Shown in pieces: positions 18,637 to 27,423 of a DNA stretch of 57,422 nt. Source of the DNA: Acidimicrobiia bacterium (GTDB taxonomy: Bacteria; Actinomycetota; Acidimicrobiia; IMCC26256; PALSA-610); the NCBI GenBank assembly GCA_038228615.1, contig JBBRPC010000001.1, positions 1-57,422 on the forward strand, given 5' to 3'. The position numbers and the translations under genes were made by a program. The notes beneath the pieces were generated by a model. The model was not told where the DNA came from and did not search any database. It saw nothing but the letters and a program-made list of their open reading frames with translations. The number at the start of each line of letters is the position of its first letter. Within the stretch, counting starts at the first letter, position 1.

Positions 18637-19367
18637 CGGTCGAGCCAGCCCAACAACATCGCAATCGCGCGAGGGTCGTGACGCAGCCGATGCGCTCCAT
18701 GTTCAATGATTCGCAACTCCGCGTTACCGTCGCCCGCACGGTGGAGGTCGTACGCGTGCTGGAGCGGGACCACGTCGTCGTGGGAGCCATGTACGAGCAT
18801 CCACGACCTAGGAGCGATGCGCCGCGCCGCGCCCAACACATCGAGATCTGCGATCGATTTTCCCCATTGCGCCACGCTCGGCGGAAATCCGTCGGCATGG
18901 ATGACGCCCACCCTGCGGCAATATTCGGCAAATCGTTGCGCATCTGGCACCCACGTATGTAGCGATGCCGGCGCAGCGAACGTTGCGATCCCTCGAATCG
19001 ACGGATCACGTGCCGCGCCGACTATTGCAAGAGTTCCTCCGAGGCGAAAACCCGCGAGCCAAACGCCATGTGTGTCGTCGCGTTTGCGCAGCGTCGCGAT
19101 CGCGGCCTGCACGTCGCTGAGCCAACCGTCCATCGAGAAGTCGCCCTCAGATGAACCAGAACCGCGATATTGAAACGTCACCGCGGCCCAACCTGCGTCG
19201 CGGGCGATCCGATCCGCAAATAGTGGATACGTATTCCCGGCGAGTGCGGCACCTCCAGTACCCCTCGGGAAACCGGGAAGGAGCATCAGTGTGGGGAGCC
19301 GGCCGGAAGTGGTGGGGCGTGCATAATGGGCAGTTAACCGAAGTCCTTCGGAAATGATCTCATCCAT
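18624..19367 (-). CDS. Alpha/beta hydrolase-fold protein whose nucleophile elbow reads G-F-R-L-G (Ser replaced by Arg)
   Basis: PTLMLLPGFPRG, WLAGFRLGGTLA, HGSHDDVVP and EHGAHRL are the usual oxyanion, elbow, Asp and His blocks. ATG 19367 is preferred over 19415 to avoid overlap with the divergent DUF1802 gene. Confidence 0.75.
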   Translation of the reverse strand: MDEIISEGLRLTAHYARPTTSGRLPTLMLLPGFPRGTGGAALAGNTYPLFADRIARDAGWAAVTFQYRGSGSSEGDFSMDGWLSDVQAAIATLRKRDDTHGVWLAGFRLGGTLAIVGAARDPSIRGIATFAAPASLHTWVPDAQRFAEYCRRVGVIHADGFPPSVAQWGKSIADLDVLGAARRIAPRSWMLVHGSHDDVVPLQHAYDLHRAGDGNAELRIIEHGAHRLRHDPRAIAMLLGWLDRQEV

Positions 19368-19392
19368 AGCGATGCAAGTATCCTCGCACGTG

Positions 19393-19986
19393 ATGGTTGG
19401 AACTCCTGCGCTCAAAGAATGGGCCGTGATCTGTCACGCACTGCTCGCTGGCGAACAGGTCATTGATCTGCGAAAAGGTGGTCTGCGCGAATCCGGTTCG
19501 CCCGAGGGCGGTCGCCATTTCGACGTTGGCACAACCCGTGCCTGGCTCTACCCAACTGCAGAGCATCAACGCGCCGAACTCTTGAAACCGCCATATCAAC
19601 ATTGGATCGATCTGGCGCCGAGCGCGCCGGTTGGTCACGACATCACCCTGCACGGTTGGGTTGAGGTCTTCGAGTCGCACACCATCACCGATGGTGCGAT
19701 TCTCGAACGCCTCACGCCAAAAGTCATTTGGAGCGATGAATACGCAGCATCTCGACTCAAATGGAAACAACGAGATCCGCTGTGGGTGCTCATACTTCGC
19801 GCCCAGCGCCTCGTCGAACCGATCGTGGTGCCGTGGTCAGAGGAGTACGGCGGTTGCACGTCGTGGGTCGAGTTCATGGGATTGCCAGACAGTCCAACGA
19901 CCCTCGCAAGCGAACCTGCGTTAAGCGATGAATCGTTTGCGGCACGAGTCAAAGGCGTGCACGAGGGGCTCGGCGTTACCCGCTAA
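19393..19986 (+). CDS. DUF1802-family protein
   Basis: ALKEWAVICHALLAGEQVIDLRKGGLRE is the characteristic DUF1802 N-terminus. Candidate starts are 19354, 19372 and 19393; I chose the innermost. Confidence 0.7.
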   Translation: MVGTPALKEWAVICHALLAGEQVIDLRKGGLRESGSPEGGRHFDVGTTRAWLYPTAEHQRAELLKPPYQHWIDLAPSAPVGHDITLHGWVEVFESHTITDGAILERLTPKVIWSDEYAASRLKWKQRDPLWVLILRAQRLVEPIVVPWSEEYGGCTSWVEFMGLPDSPTTLASEPALSDESFAARVKGVHEGLGVTR

Positions 19987-20188
19987 ACGGCTTGTACCCG
20001 CGGTTGCGGGCCTCATCGACAGTGTCGGGCCCGAAACACGCATAACTCTCGTTCGCCACGATGTCGGCGACCGCTTCGGCAACGCGATCGCTCACCGCCA
20101 TTTGATCCATGTCGTACACGACTTGTGAACGCTTGTCACCGACGAAACGAACGTGCTCAAGTGCGGTGGGCTTGTCCATCGGTCGCAA
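19976..20188 (-). CDS. Small hypothetical protein (70 aa)
   Basis: Good codon bias, 2 nt after the upstream gene stop. The C-terminal ...FGPDTVDEARNRGYKP resembles the tail of small Ada-like metal-binding proteins, but the Cys ligands are absent. Confidence 0.5.
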   Translation of the reverse strand: MRPMDKPTALEHVRFVGDKRSQVVYDMDQMAVSDRVAEAVADIVANESYACFGPDTVDEARNRGYKPFSG

Positions 20189-20190
20189 CG

Positions 20191-20625
20191 CTACCGCTGC
20201 GACCGAGGACCCACTGCACCGATTGCGCGGAGATACGCGAGTTGGGTCTCCACCACCGGATAGATCTGTTCAGTAAGAAACTCCAGCCCATCGATAGTGC
20301 TGCGGTCGATGATGTATGCCACCGTCTCAGAAATTCCAATGACGACATCGGTCGCAAGATGCGGAGCCGAACCGTTTTGGGTGACACCTTGACGACCGAA
20401 GAACTCGATCTGATACCTCAAGATGCTTCGGACTTCATCCGGAGTCAGCGTCGACGCAACCAACTCGTCGAGATTCCGTACGACCCATGCATACGCGTCG
20501 TCCATGTTGTAGGTCGGAGGACGCGGTTCTAAGGCTTGCTTCCCGGCCTCGCGCAACACAAACCAAGCAGCGATTGCACACACGAATCCAAACGCAATAA
20601 AACCAGCGACAACAACCATGCGCAC
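20191..20625 (-). CDS. Membrane-anchored hypothetical protein (144 aa)
   Basis: N-terminal TM helix MRMVVVAGFIAFGFVCAIAAWFVL. Abuts the EEP gene stop (20626) with no gap. Confidence 0.6.
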   Translation of the reverse strand: MRMVVVAGFIAFGFVCAIAAWFVLREAGKQALEPRPPTYNMDDAYAWVVRNLDELVASTLTPDEVRSILRYQIEFFGRQGVTQNGSAPHLATDVVIGISETVAYIIDRSTIDGLEFLTEQIYPVVETQLAYLRAIGAVGPRSQR

Positions 20626-21414
20626 TCAGCGTAACTGCAGACGAGCACAAATCGCCCGGTGGTCGCTCGTCGGCGAGTACGGCAGCACTTTGCCTTCGAC
20701 CACGTCGATGGCACCTCGAGCACATATGTGGTCGATCTGACTATGCGGTCGCCACGAGGGAAACGTTCGACCTTTCACAGCCATGCGCCAGCCAGGCAGC
20801 AACGAGGGTATCCACGTCCGCCAAATATTGCCATCACCGGCGATGATCGCTGGCCGCGTCGAACCATCGAGGTCGTGCTCGGCGAGGAGCCGCGCCAAAC
20901 TCCGAAGCTGCACGATTGGTGCGCCAAACCACAGCTTTGACGACACGTGAAATGCCGTGACGTCGACTTCGTGATCATCAACAGCAATGCGCACCGAAAC
21001 AGCGTTTCGGATCGGCACCGCGTCGTGAAATGACCGAGCCAGGGGAAGTTCGACGGTACGCACGACGGGGTGGCGCGTCGCAACAGCGAGTTCCCACCAG
21101 CCCTCGCCAGGCTCGGTCAATTGACGACGAGCCACGCTGATGTCGAGAGTCCGAAATTTGGTCTCGGTGACCGAGTGAAATCCGAATTCGCTCAATCGAT
21201 CGAGAAACGATTCGCCGTTGTGTCCCCGCCATGATTCGGGGAGGATCACAACATCGGCGCGCTCAAGCACCGAACGTTCAAGTTGGCCGAAAGGGTCAAA
21301 GACTGCGCTCTGCTGTCGGTCAGGAACCCGCGAGACTCCCCAGTGCACGTTCCACTCGAGAACACTCAATATTGCACCCGTTCCGCCCGGCGCGCCAGGT
21401 TGCTCAGCACCCAT
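20626..21414 (-). CDS. Endonuclease/exonuclease/phosphatase (EEP) family protein
   Basis: LSVLEWNVHWG start, VVILPESW, GDGNIW and a C-terminal SDHRAI block are EEP hallmarks. Confidence 0.8.
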   Translation of the reverse strand: MGAEQPGAPGGTGAILSVLEWNVHWGVSRVPDRQQSAVFDPFGQLERSVLERADVVILPESWRGHNGESFLDRLSEFGFHSVTETKFRTLDISVARRQLTEPGEGWWELAVATRHPVVRTVELPLARSFHDAVPIRNAVSVRIAVDDHEVDVTAFHVSSKLWFGAPIVQLRSLARLLAEHDLDGSTRPAIIAGDGNIWRTWIPSLLPGWRMAVKGRTFPSWRPHSQIDHICARGAIDVVEGKVLPYSPTSDHRAICARLQLR

Positions 21415-21497
21415 AACGCACGTCGCTCACTCGCGGGCCGCGATACGAACACGTCCGAACAACGAGACACACACGATGGAATTGGTTGGTCCGATTG

Positions 21498-22628
21498 CTA
21501 GATCCCGATACGTTGGGCCAGCAATTCTCGGTGGTAGGTGGCGTCGCCGAGGTAGATCTCCGAACTCTTCGCGCGCTTGAAGTACAGGTGCGCGTCGTGC
21601 TCCCACGTGAAACCGATGCCACCGTGAATCTGGATGTTCTCGGCAGCGCAATGGAAGTACGCATCTGAGATGTAGGCCTTCGCGAGCGCTGCAACGACGG
21701 GTAATTCTTCGTTATCTTCACCTGCTGCCCACGCCGAGTAATAGGCCGCGCTCTTACCGCTTTCAACCTCAAGCAGCATATCGGCGCATTTGTGCTTGAT
21801 CGCCTGGAAGGAACCGATCGGACGCCCGAATTGCACTCGCACTTTGGCGTACTCCACGCTTTGGTCGAGTACGAACTGTGCGCCGCCAATCATCTCATTC
21901 GAGAGCAACACGGCAGCCTGGTCGAGTGTCTTTGAGAATGCCGCGAACGCTTCGCCGGGAGTCCCGAGCGGCGTCGCTGCGACGTTCTGAAATTCGAGCT
22001 TGGCTTGCTTGCGAGTTTGGTCCATCGTCGACAACGCTGTGCGCGTCAGGCCCGTTGCGTCCCCAGCGACCGTAAAGAAGCCGATTCCTTCAGTTCCGGT
22101 GCTGCCAGCAAGACGCGCCACGACGACGATCAGATTCGCGTTATGGCCATCGATGACGAAGCTCTTCGTACCGTTCAGGACGTAGCCACTTCCCGATTTC
22201 GTGGCTTCCATCGTGATCCCGGCGCTGTCCCACTTGCCGTTCGGTTCGGTGAACGCGAGCGCCGCAATCGTTTCACCGGATGCAATGCCAGGAAGCAGCG
22301 CCTTCTTGTCGTCTGCGGTGCCAGCATTCAGGATCGCGTTGGTTGCGAGCGCGACAGTCGCAAAATACGGTGCGCACAGCAGCACGCGTCCCATTTCTTC
22401 GAACACGATTGCGAGTTCGACGAACGAAAACCCCTGGCCGCCGTACTCCTCGGGGATATGCAGGCTTTGCAAGCCGAGTTGTTCTGCCATTTGCGTCCAC
22501 ACTGCAGGGTCATAACCCTCAGTGCCTTCCATCAATCGTCGTACCTCAGCCGACGGCGACTTGGCTTCGAGGAACTGACGGATCGTGCGACGCAGTTCGT
22601 CCTGTTCTTCGGAGAAGGCGAAGTTCAC
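21498..22628 (-). CDS. Acyl-CoA dehydrogenase
   Basis: 376 aa. N-terminal MNFAFSEEQDELR. QIHGGIGFTWEHDAHLYFKRA C-terminal domain. Confidence 0.93.
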   Translation of the reverse strand: MNFAFSEEQDELRRTIRQFLEAKSPSAEVRRLMEGTEGYDPAVWTQMAEQLGLQSLHIPEEYGGQGFSFVELAIVFEEMGRVLLCAPYFATVALATNAILNAGTADDKKALLPGIASGETIAALAFTEPNGKWDSAGITMEATKSGSGYVLNGTKSFVIDGHNANLIVVVARLAGSTGTEGIGFFTVAGDATGLTRTALSTMDQTRKQAKLEFQNVAATPLGTPGEAFAAFSKTLDQAAVLLSNEMIGGAQFVLDQSVEYAKVRVQFGRPIGSFQAIKHKCADMLLEVESGKSAAYYSAWAAGEDNEELPVVAALAKAYISDAYFHCAAENIQIHGGIGFTWEHDAHLYFKRAKSSEIYLGDATYHRELLAQRIGI

Positions 22629-22737
22629 GGTGGTGCTCCTTGTGACGTCGGTTCGGGTAGATCGATTCGAGTTACGTTGATTGGGGTTCGCTCAGCGCGA
22701 TGGCGCTGCAGATTGCTGCATCGAAGGATTCGTTGGG

Positions 22738-23925
22738 TTACCTAGGTTCGCGCGGGAGTCCGAGGACCCGCTCACCGACAATATTGCGTTGGATTTCGCT
22801 GGCTCCTGCATAGATGGTTTCGGCGCGTGAAGCCATGAAGTTCTGATGGACAACGTCGAGTTCATACTCGCCATTGCCGTCGCGCAGAATCGTAAGTGCA
22901 TCAGCTCCGAGCACCTGCATCGCGGTCTCACCCAGGTTCCGGTGCCAATTGCTCCAATAGAGCTTGCCGAGACTCGCCGTCGGTCCGACACTGCCACTCC
23001 GAAGCATTTCGGTGACCATGCGTTGTCCGTTGTACTGCATGATGTTCACGCCGATCCAATGCCCCGCAAGCTTGTTGCGCAACACAGGATCCCGCGCCGA
23101 GCCGTTCTGTTGCGCGAGAGCAATGAGGTCGGCCATTTCCTGGCGAAACAGCAGTTGGCGAGCAAGAAATGCGGTTCCTCGCTCGTAACCCAGCGTCGCC
23201 ATTGCAACCGACCAGCCCTCGCCGACGGGCCCGAGGACATGGTCTTTCGGCGTGCGAACACCGTCGAAGAACACCTCATTGAATTCTGCGCCACCAGTCA
23301 TTTGGCGCAATGGCCGCACCTCTACCCCTGGTTGATGCATGTTCACCATGAGGTACGAAAGGCCCTTGTGACCGCGCGAGTCGGGATCCGTGCGCGTAAT
23401 GGCAAAACACCAGTCGGCTTTATGGGCCATGGTTGTCCAGACCTTTTGACCGTCGATCACCCACTCGTCACCGTCGAGCACCGCACGCGTCTGCACGTTG
23501 GCGAGGTCGCTGCCGGCATTCGGCTCCGAAAACCCTTGGCACCACATTTCCTCGACGGCCTGAATCTTCGGAAGGTAGCGCCGTTGTTGCTCACCAGTTC
23601 CGAATTGAATCAACGTAGGAGCGAACAAACCTTCACCGAAAAAGCTCACTCGCGCTGGCGCTCCGGCCCGCGCGTATTCCTCTTGAAAAATCACCTGTTC
23701 GCTAAACGTCGCTGAACGTCCGCCGTACTCAACTGGCCAACTCAGCCCAAGCCAACGATCGCGGCCAAGGAGTTTCTCCCACTCGACTCGGAGTTCCCAA
23801 TCGGTTTCTGCGGTTTCGCCGGCCGAAGGTGAGAGCGTGCTGAACTCACCGACATGGTGCTTCGCGATCCAATCGCGAATCTCCCCGCGAAAGGTCGCTT
23901 CAAGGGCTGAGTCGTGAAAGTCCAT
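22738..23925 (-). CDS. Acyl-CoA dehydrogenase
   Basis: Real start at ATG 23925 (MDFHDSALEATFRGEIRDW). The upstream 202 codons of ORF 22738..24531 are Arg/His/Gln-rich junk antisense to the next gene. WCQGFSEPNAGSD and IYAGASEIQRNIV blocks. Confidence 0.9.
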   Translation of the reverse strand: MDFHDSALEATFRGEIRDWIAKHHVGEFSTLSPSAGETAETDWELRVEWEKLLGRDRWLGLSWPVEYGGRSATFSEQVIFQEEYARAGAPARVSFFGEGLFAPTLIQFGTGEQQRRYLPKIQAVEEMWCQGFSEPNAGSDLANVQTRAVLDGDEWVIDGQKVWTTMAHKADWCFAITRTDPDSRGHKGLSYLMVNMHQPGVEVRPLRQMTGGAEFNEVFFDGVRTPKDHVLGPVGEGWSVAMATLGYERGTAFLARQLLFRQEMADLIALAQQNGSARDPVLRNKLAGHWIGVNIMQYNGQRMVTEMLRSGSVGPTASLGKLYWSNWHRNLGETAMQVLGADALTILRDGNGEYELDVVHQNFMASRAETIYAGASEIQRNIVGERVLGLPREPR

Positions 23926-24045
23926 AGGCGCGGGTGCAACGTACTTGACCGGGTGGTCAGGAATCCAGCCGATCTCAAAGACCACATATGGTGGCCCTCG
24001 ATGGACGGTCCACCACACGAGCCCCGGGCACGGGCGAAGATTCCG

Positions 24046-24963
24046 ATGTCGCTCATCGTTGGCGGCTTGATCGGAACCGGCGGGTTGGTGTTCGTCGTGA
24101 TCAAGATCAGCCAGCAGTGGTCGCAGGTCAGGGACCGTCTCGCGCATGTCAACGTGGGGTTGCTTGCCCTGGCGCTCGCGCTTGGCGTACTTGGGATGAC
24201 CGCGATCGCCCTTGCTTGGCGACCGGTGCTCATGACGCTCGGTGCTCCAGCTGTCGCTCGGCGGACGGTCGTGCGCTGGTACTTCGTGGGAGAAATTGGC
24301 AAATATGTACCCGGTGGCGTGTGGACTGTGGTGGGGCGTGCCGAGCTCGCCCGACGGGGTGGTCTGTCGCGTAGCAGTGCGTACGGAAGCGTTGCGCTGT
24401 CGTTGCTGTGTTTGCAGGTTGGCGGCGCCTGCGTGGCGGCGATCGCCGTGCCATTTTCTGGTCTCGCCGATGGCAATCCGAAGATCTGGCTGATCCTGTT
24501 GGTCGTACCGATTGGTCTCGGAGTGCTGCATCCTCGGGTTGCAGGATCATTCCTGGCATTCGTGCGGCGTGTCACGAAGCGAGATTTCAGCTTCGCAGTA
24601 CCGCCGTTCAGCACCACACTTCGACTCGTTGCGGGATATGTCCCAGCCTGGTGTGCGATCGGAATGTCGACGGCGATGGTGGCTCGAGCGCTTGACGCGC
24701 ACGCGCCAATCGGTCGTGTGTTCGCCGGAACAATCGTGAGTTGGATCATCGGCTTCATCTTCATTCCCACGCCGGGAGGAATTGGAGTGCGCGAAAGTGC
24801 CTTCACGGCGATGGTCACGCTTGCGCCCGGAATAGCCGTCACGACGTCACTCCTCGCCCGACTGATATTCATGTTTGTCGACGGAACCGGCGCGGCCATC
24901 ACACCAATCATTTTCCGAACCAGAGCGCACCGCGACAAGGAAGCAGCCGACGACGCTCACTAG
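24046..24963 (+). CDS. Flippase-like / lysyl-phosphatidylglycerol-synthase TM-region family membrane protein (UPF0104-like)
   Basis: IGKYVPGGVWTVVGRAELARRGG is the family signature. About 8 TM segments. Start is 24046 (MSLIVGG...) or 24001. Confidence 0.75.
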   Translation: MSLIVGGLIGTGGLVFVVIKISQQWSQVRDRLAHVNVGLLALALALGVLGMTAIALAWRPVLMTLGAPAVARRTVVRWYFVGEIGKYVPGGVWTVVGRAELARRGGLSRSSAYGSVALSLLCLQVGGACVAAIAVPFSGLADGNPKIWLILLVVPIGLGVLHPRVAGSFLAFVRRVTKRDFSFAVPPFSTTLRLVAGYVPAWCAIGMSTAMVARALDAHAPIGRVFAGTIVSWIIGFIFIPTPGGIGVRESAFTAMVTLAPGIAVTTSLLARLIFMFVDGTGAAITPIIFRTRAHRDKEAADDAH

Positions 24964-25006
24964 CGACAACACGCGCCTGTCCATTGTGCGTTCCGCTTGG
25001 CCAATC

Positions 25007-25039
25007 GGTGGAAATATCCCACCGAACGTGACTGGTGGG
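25007..25039. terminator. Candidate bidirectional stem-loops between convergent genes
   Basis: GGTGG-aaatatc-CCACC (25007-25023) and the alternative CCCACC-gaacgtgact-GGTGGG (25018-25039). Located in the 85-nt gap between convergent stops at 24963 and 25049. No U-tract. Confidence 0.3.
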
Positions 25040-25048
25040 TTGCTCCGG

Positions 25049-25660
25049 TTAGCGAGCGCGTGCGCGAACCACCGTCCAGGGCAACGGCTTCGCGACAGAG
25101 ACCACATCGAAGTATTCCCCCACCATCGCCGTGAATGATTTCGCGCTCCAGTGTTGGATGTGGCCTGGAGTATTGCCGAGTTCTTTGAGATACGTGCCTC
25201 GCACCATGTTGAGCAGTCGCCACGTGGGTTCATTCGGAACGCTGACAACCACATCACGACGCGCGACACGCGCGAGTTCCAATAGCGCGGCCTGGGGATC
25301 AGGGAGGTGTTCGAGCACTTCGATAGCGAGCACGAGATCACACGACCCGTCGCGGATCGGTAGCGCGCTCGCGTCGCCAAACAAACCATCAAGGCGGCGA
25401 TCGCGCCAATGCGACGCCAATCCAGCGTCGGGAAGATCCAAGCCAGTGAACACAACGTCGCCATATCTGGCAACGATGCGGTCGGCAACCTCGCCCTCAC
25501 CCATCCCAAGTTCGAATACCGTCGTCGGCGTCTCGCTGGGCAAGGCCGCATCGAGAGCAGCCATGAAGCCGCTCATCAGCTTGCGGGCTATGGGGTTTTT
25601 CGCTGCGTACTTGTCGTAGTGATTCCCGATCGGCACCTCTGCAGTAGACGCCTCGGACAC
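25049..25660 (-). CDS. Class I SAM-dependent methyltransferase
   Basis: VFELGMGEGEV motif I, acidic GLDLP, LVLAIEVLEHLPDP. Start lies 1 nt after the GT2 stop. Confidence 0.85.
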   Translation of the reverse strand: MSEASTAEVPIGNHYDKYAAKNPIARKLMSGFMAALDAALPSETPTTVFELGMGEGEVADRIVARYGDVVFTGLDLPDAGLASHWRDRRLDGLFGDASALPIRDGSCDLVLAIEVLEHLPDPQAALLELARVARRDVVVSVPNEPTWRLLNMVRGTYLKELGNTPGHIQHWSAKSFTAMVGEYFDVVSVAKPLPWTVVRARAR

Positions 25661-25661
25661 C

Positions 25662-26588
25662 TCAACCGGCCTTGTGTTCCAACGTCAGCGACGCGGCCGA
25701 CGGAACTTCGCGCGACGTTTTGGCGAGCCGAACCTGCAGGTCGGCGAGCAGACCGATCGCGATCACCTGGAATGCTGCGAACAAGATCAACAGCGAATTG
25801 TTTGATATGTGATGGTCGTGAAAATGCACGACATCGAATCCGAGTTTCACGGTGCCGAACAATCCGAGAAATAGGCCAAGGGGCATAAATACGCGGAGTG
25901 GTTCGTACGACAAGATCATGCGAATGACTTGGAGTGCGTAGCGGCGCGTGTCTTTCACCGGATGAAATTTTGATTTCCCGGCGCGCTTCGAATAGGGGAT
26001 GTCGACATATTTGACGGAATAACCGTTCGCGAGGAACGTCATCGTCATCGTGGTCACGCAAGAAAAGCCAGCAGGAAGCAGGTGAAGAAATTGATCGGCG
26101 ACGTCGCGCCGGAATGCGCGAAGACCGGAATTCAGATCAGGGATATCGGTTTGCGAGAGGTAACAAGCAAGTTTGCGGATGCTCCACTTCGCCGGAACCC
26201 GGAGCATCTTGAACGTGCCCTCTTCGGTGGTACGGGCACCGACGACCTGGTCGTATCCTTCGAGCTCTTTGACCATCTGCGGAATTTGGTCGTTGGGGTA
26301 GGTCATATCCGCATCAGTCCACACAACGACGTCGCCTCTCGACGCGCGAGTGCCGATACGCCGGACAGTGCCAGAACCGCCGTTGCGGGGCATCGTGATG
26401 AGGCGGATTCCCGGCACATTTTGCAGCACTTCACCGCTGCCGTCGGTGGAGCAGTCGTCGACGCAGATGATCTCGTAGGTGTAATCGGACGCGTCGAGTG
26501 CGGCCTTGATCCGGTCGATCTCAGCAACCACATGGTCGCGTTCGTTGTATACCGGCAAGATGACTGAGACGTCACAAGTTTCGGGCAT
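25662..26588 (-). CDS. Glycosyltransferase family 2, polyprenyl-phosphate glycosyltransferase-like, with C-terminal TM helices
   Basis: Start at ATG 26588 (MPETCDVSVILPVYNE). CVDDCSTDGS and WTDADMTYP (DxD). Two C-terminal hydrophobic helices. The longer ORF to 26831 is Arg-rich and overlaps the divergent gene. Confidence 0.88.
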   Translation of the reverse strand: MPETCDVSVILPVYNERDHVVAEIDRIKAALDASDYTYEIICVDDCSTDGSGEVLQNVPGIRLITMPRNGGSGTVRRIGTRASRGDVVVWTDADMTYPNDQIPQMVKELEGYDQVVGARTTEEGTFKMLRVPAKWSIRKLACYLSQTDIPDLNSGLRAFRRDVADQFLHLLPAGFSCVTTMTMTFLANGYSVKYVDIPYSKRAGKSKFHPVKDTRRYALQVIRMILSYEPLRVFMPLGLFLGLFGTVKLGFDVVHFHDHHISNNSLLILFAAFQVIAIGLLADLQVRLAKTSREVPSAASLTLEHKAG

Positions 26589-26695
26589 TCGGGCCACCTC
26601 CGCGTCGGTGACGTTACCGGCCGACACGGGCAGAGGCCCGCTTTTGCTGCATGGCGCCCTGACCAACGGGTGGCGCAACGCATACCCTCTCCGCG

Positions 26696-27316
26696 ATGGC
26701 AGCACCACGCCCAGCCCATTACGAAACCGCAACCGTTCGAATCGACAAGATTGTGGTGGGTCCTTACGAAAACAATGCGTACGTCGTCCGCTGTAAGAGC
26801 ACGGGCGACGCGGTTCTGATCGACGCAGCAAACGAACACGAATTGTTGATCCCTCTCAGCCGCAGCCTCGGCGTTCGCCGGGTCCTGACGACTCATGGTC
26901 ACTGGGATCACATTCAGGCGGTCTCAGCCGCACGTGATGCTGGCCTAGAGGTTGGGATCGGGGCGCGTGACGCCGACATGCTCCCCGCCTACGACTTTGT
27001 GATCGACGATGAATTTGTGCATGAGGTTGGCGATCTACGGCTCGAGACGATTCACAACCCCGGCCATACACCTGGCTCAATTTCGTTTCGACTCCTGGGC
27101 CACCCGGTCGTGTTCACCGGCGACACATTGTTCCCGGGAGGTCCTGGGAACACCTCGGCGCATGCCCTTGCGAGTTTTGAAACGATCATCGATTCGATCG
27201 ACCAGCGCCTGTTCACACTGCCCTCTGAGACGCTCGTGCTCGCTGGTCATGGCCTCGACACCACGATCGGGACTGAACGACCGAACCTGCAGTCGTGGGT
27301 CGACCGCGGTTGGTGA
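26696..27316 (+). CDS. MBL-fold metallo-hydrolase (glyoxalase II-like)
   Basis: THGHWDH metal motif, NPGHTPGS, FPGGPG. 206 aa. Confidence 0.88.
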   Translation: MAAPRPAHYETATVRIDKIVVGPYENNAYVVRCKSTGDAVLIDAANEHELLIPLSRSLGVRRVLTTHGHWDHIQAVSAARDAGLEVGIGARDADMLPAYDFVIDDEFVHEVGDLRLETIHNPGHTPGSISFRLLGHPVVFTGDTLFPGGPGNTSAHALASFETIIDSIDQRLFTLPSETLVLAGHGLDTTIGTERPNLQSWVDRGW

Positions 27317-27423
27317 CCGCTCTAAAATACTGGCGTCGGCTGTAATGGATCGCGATCACTTCGCACTGATTGGTGACATCGCGGTGTTCAATTGGCTGGG
27401 CTCAGTCTGGAAGGCGGACCACA

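Noticed and set aside
22005-23715. 246-aa and 289-aa plus-strand ORFs opposite the two acyl-CoA dehydrogenases
   Set aside because: Antisense to well-supported ACAD genes, with no recognisable motifs.
23742-24938. 398-aa minus-strand ORF, and the 5' extension (23926-24531) of the ACAD ORF
   Set aside because: Pro/Arg/Thr/Ser-rich and without motifs. It is opposite the UPF0104 membrane protein, which has the family signature. ACAD homology begins at ATG 23925.
25662-26831. Long form (389 aa) of the GT2 gene
   Set aside because: The first 81 codons are Arg-rich and run into the divergent MBL gene region. The canonical GT2 N-terminus starts at ATG 26588.
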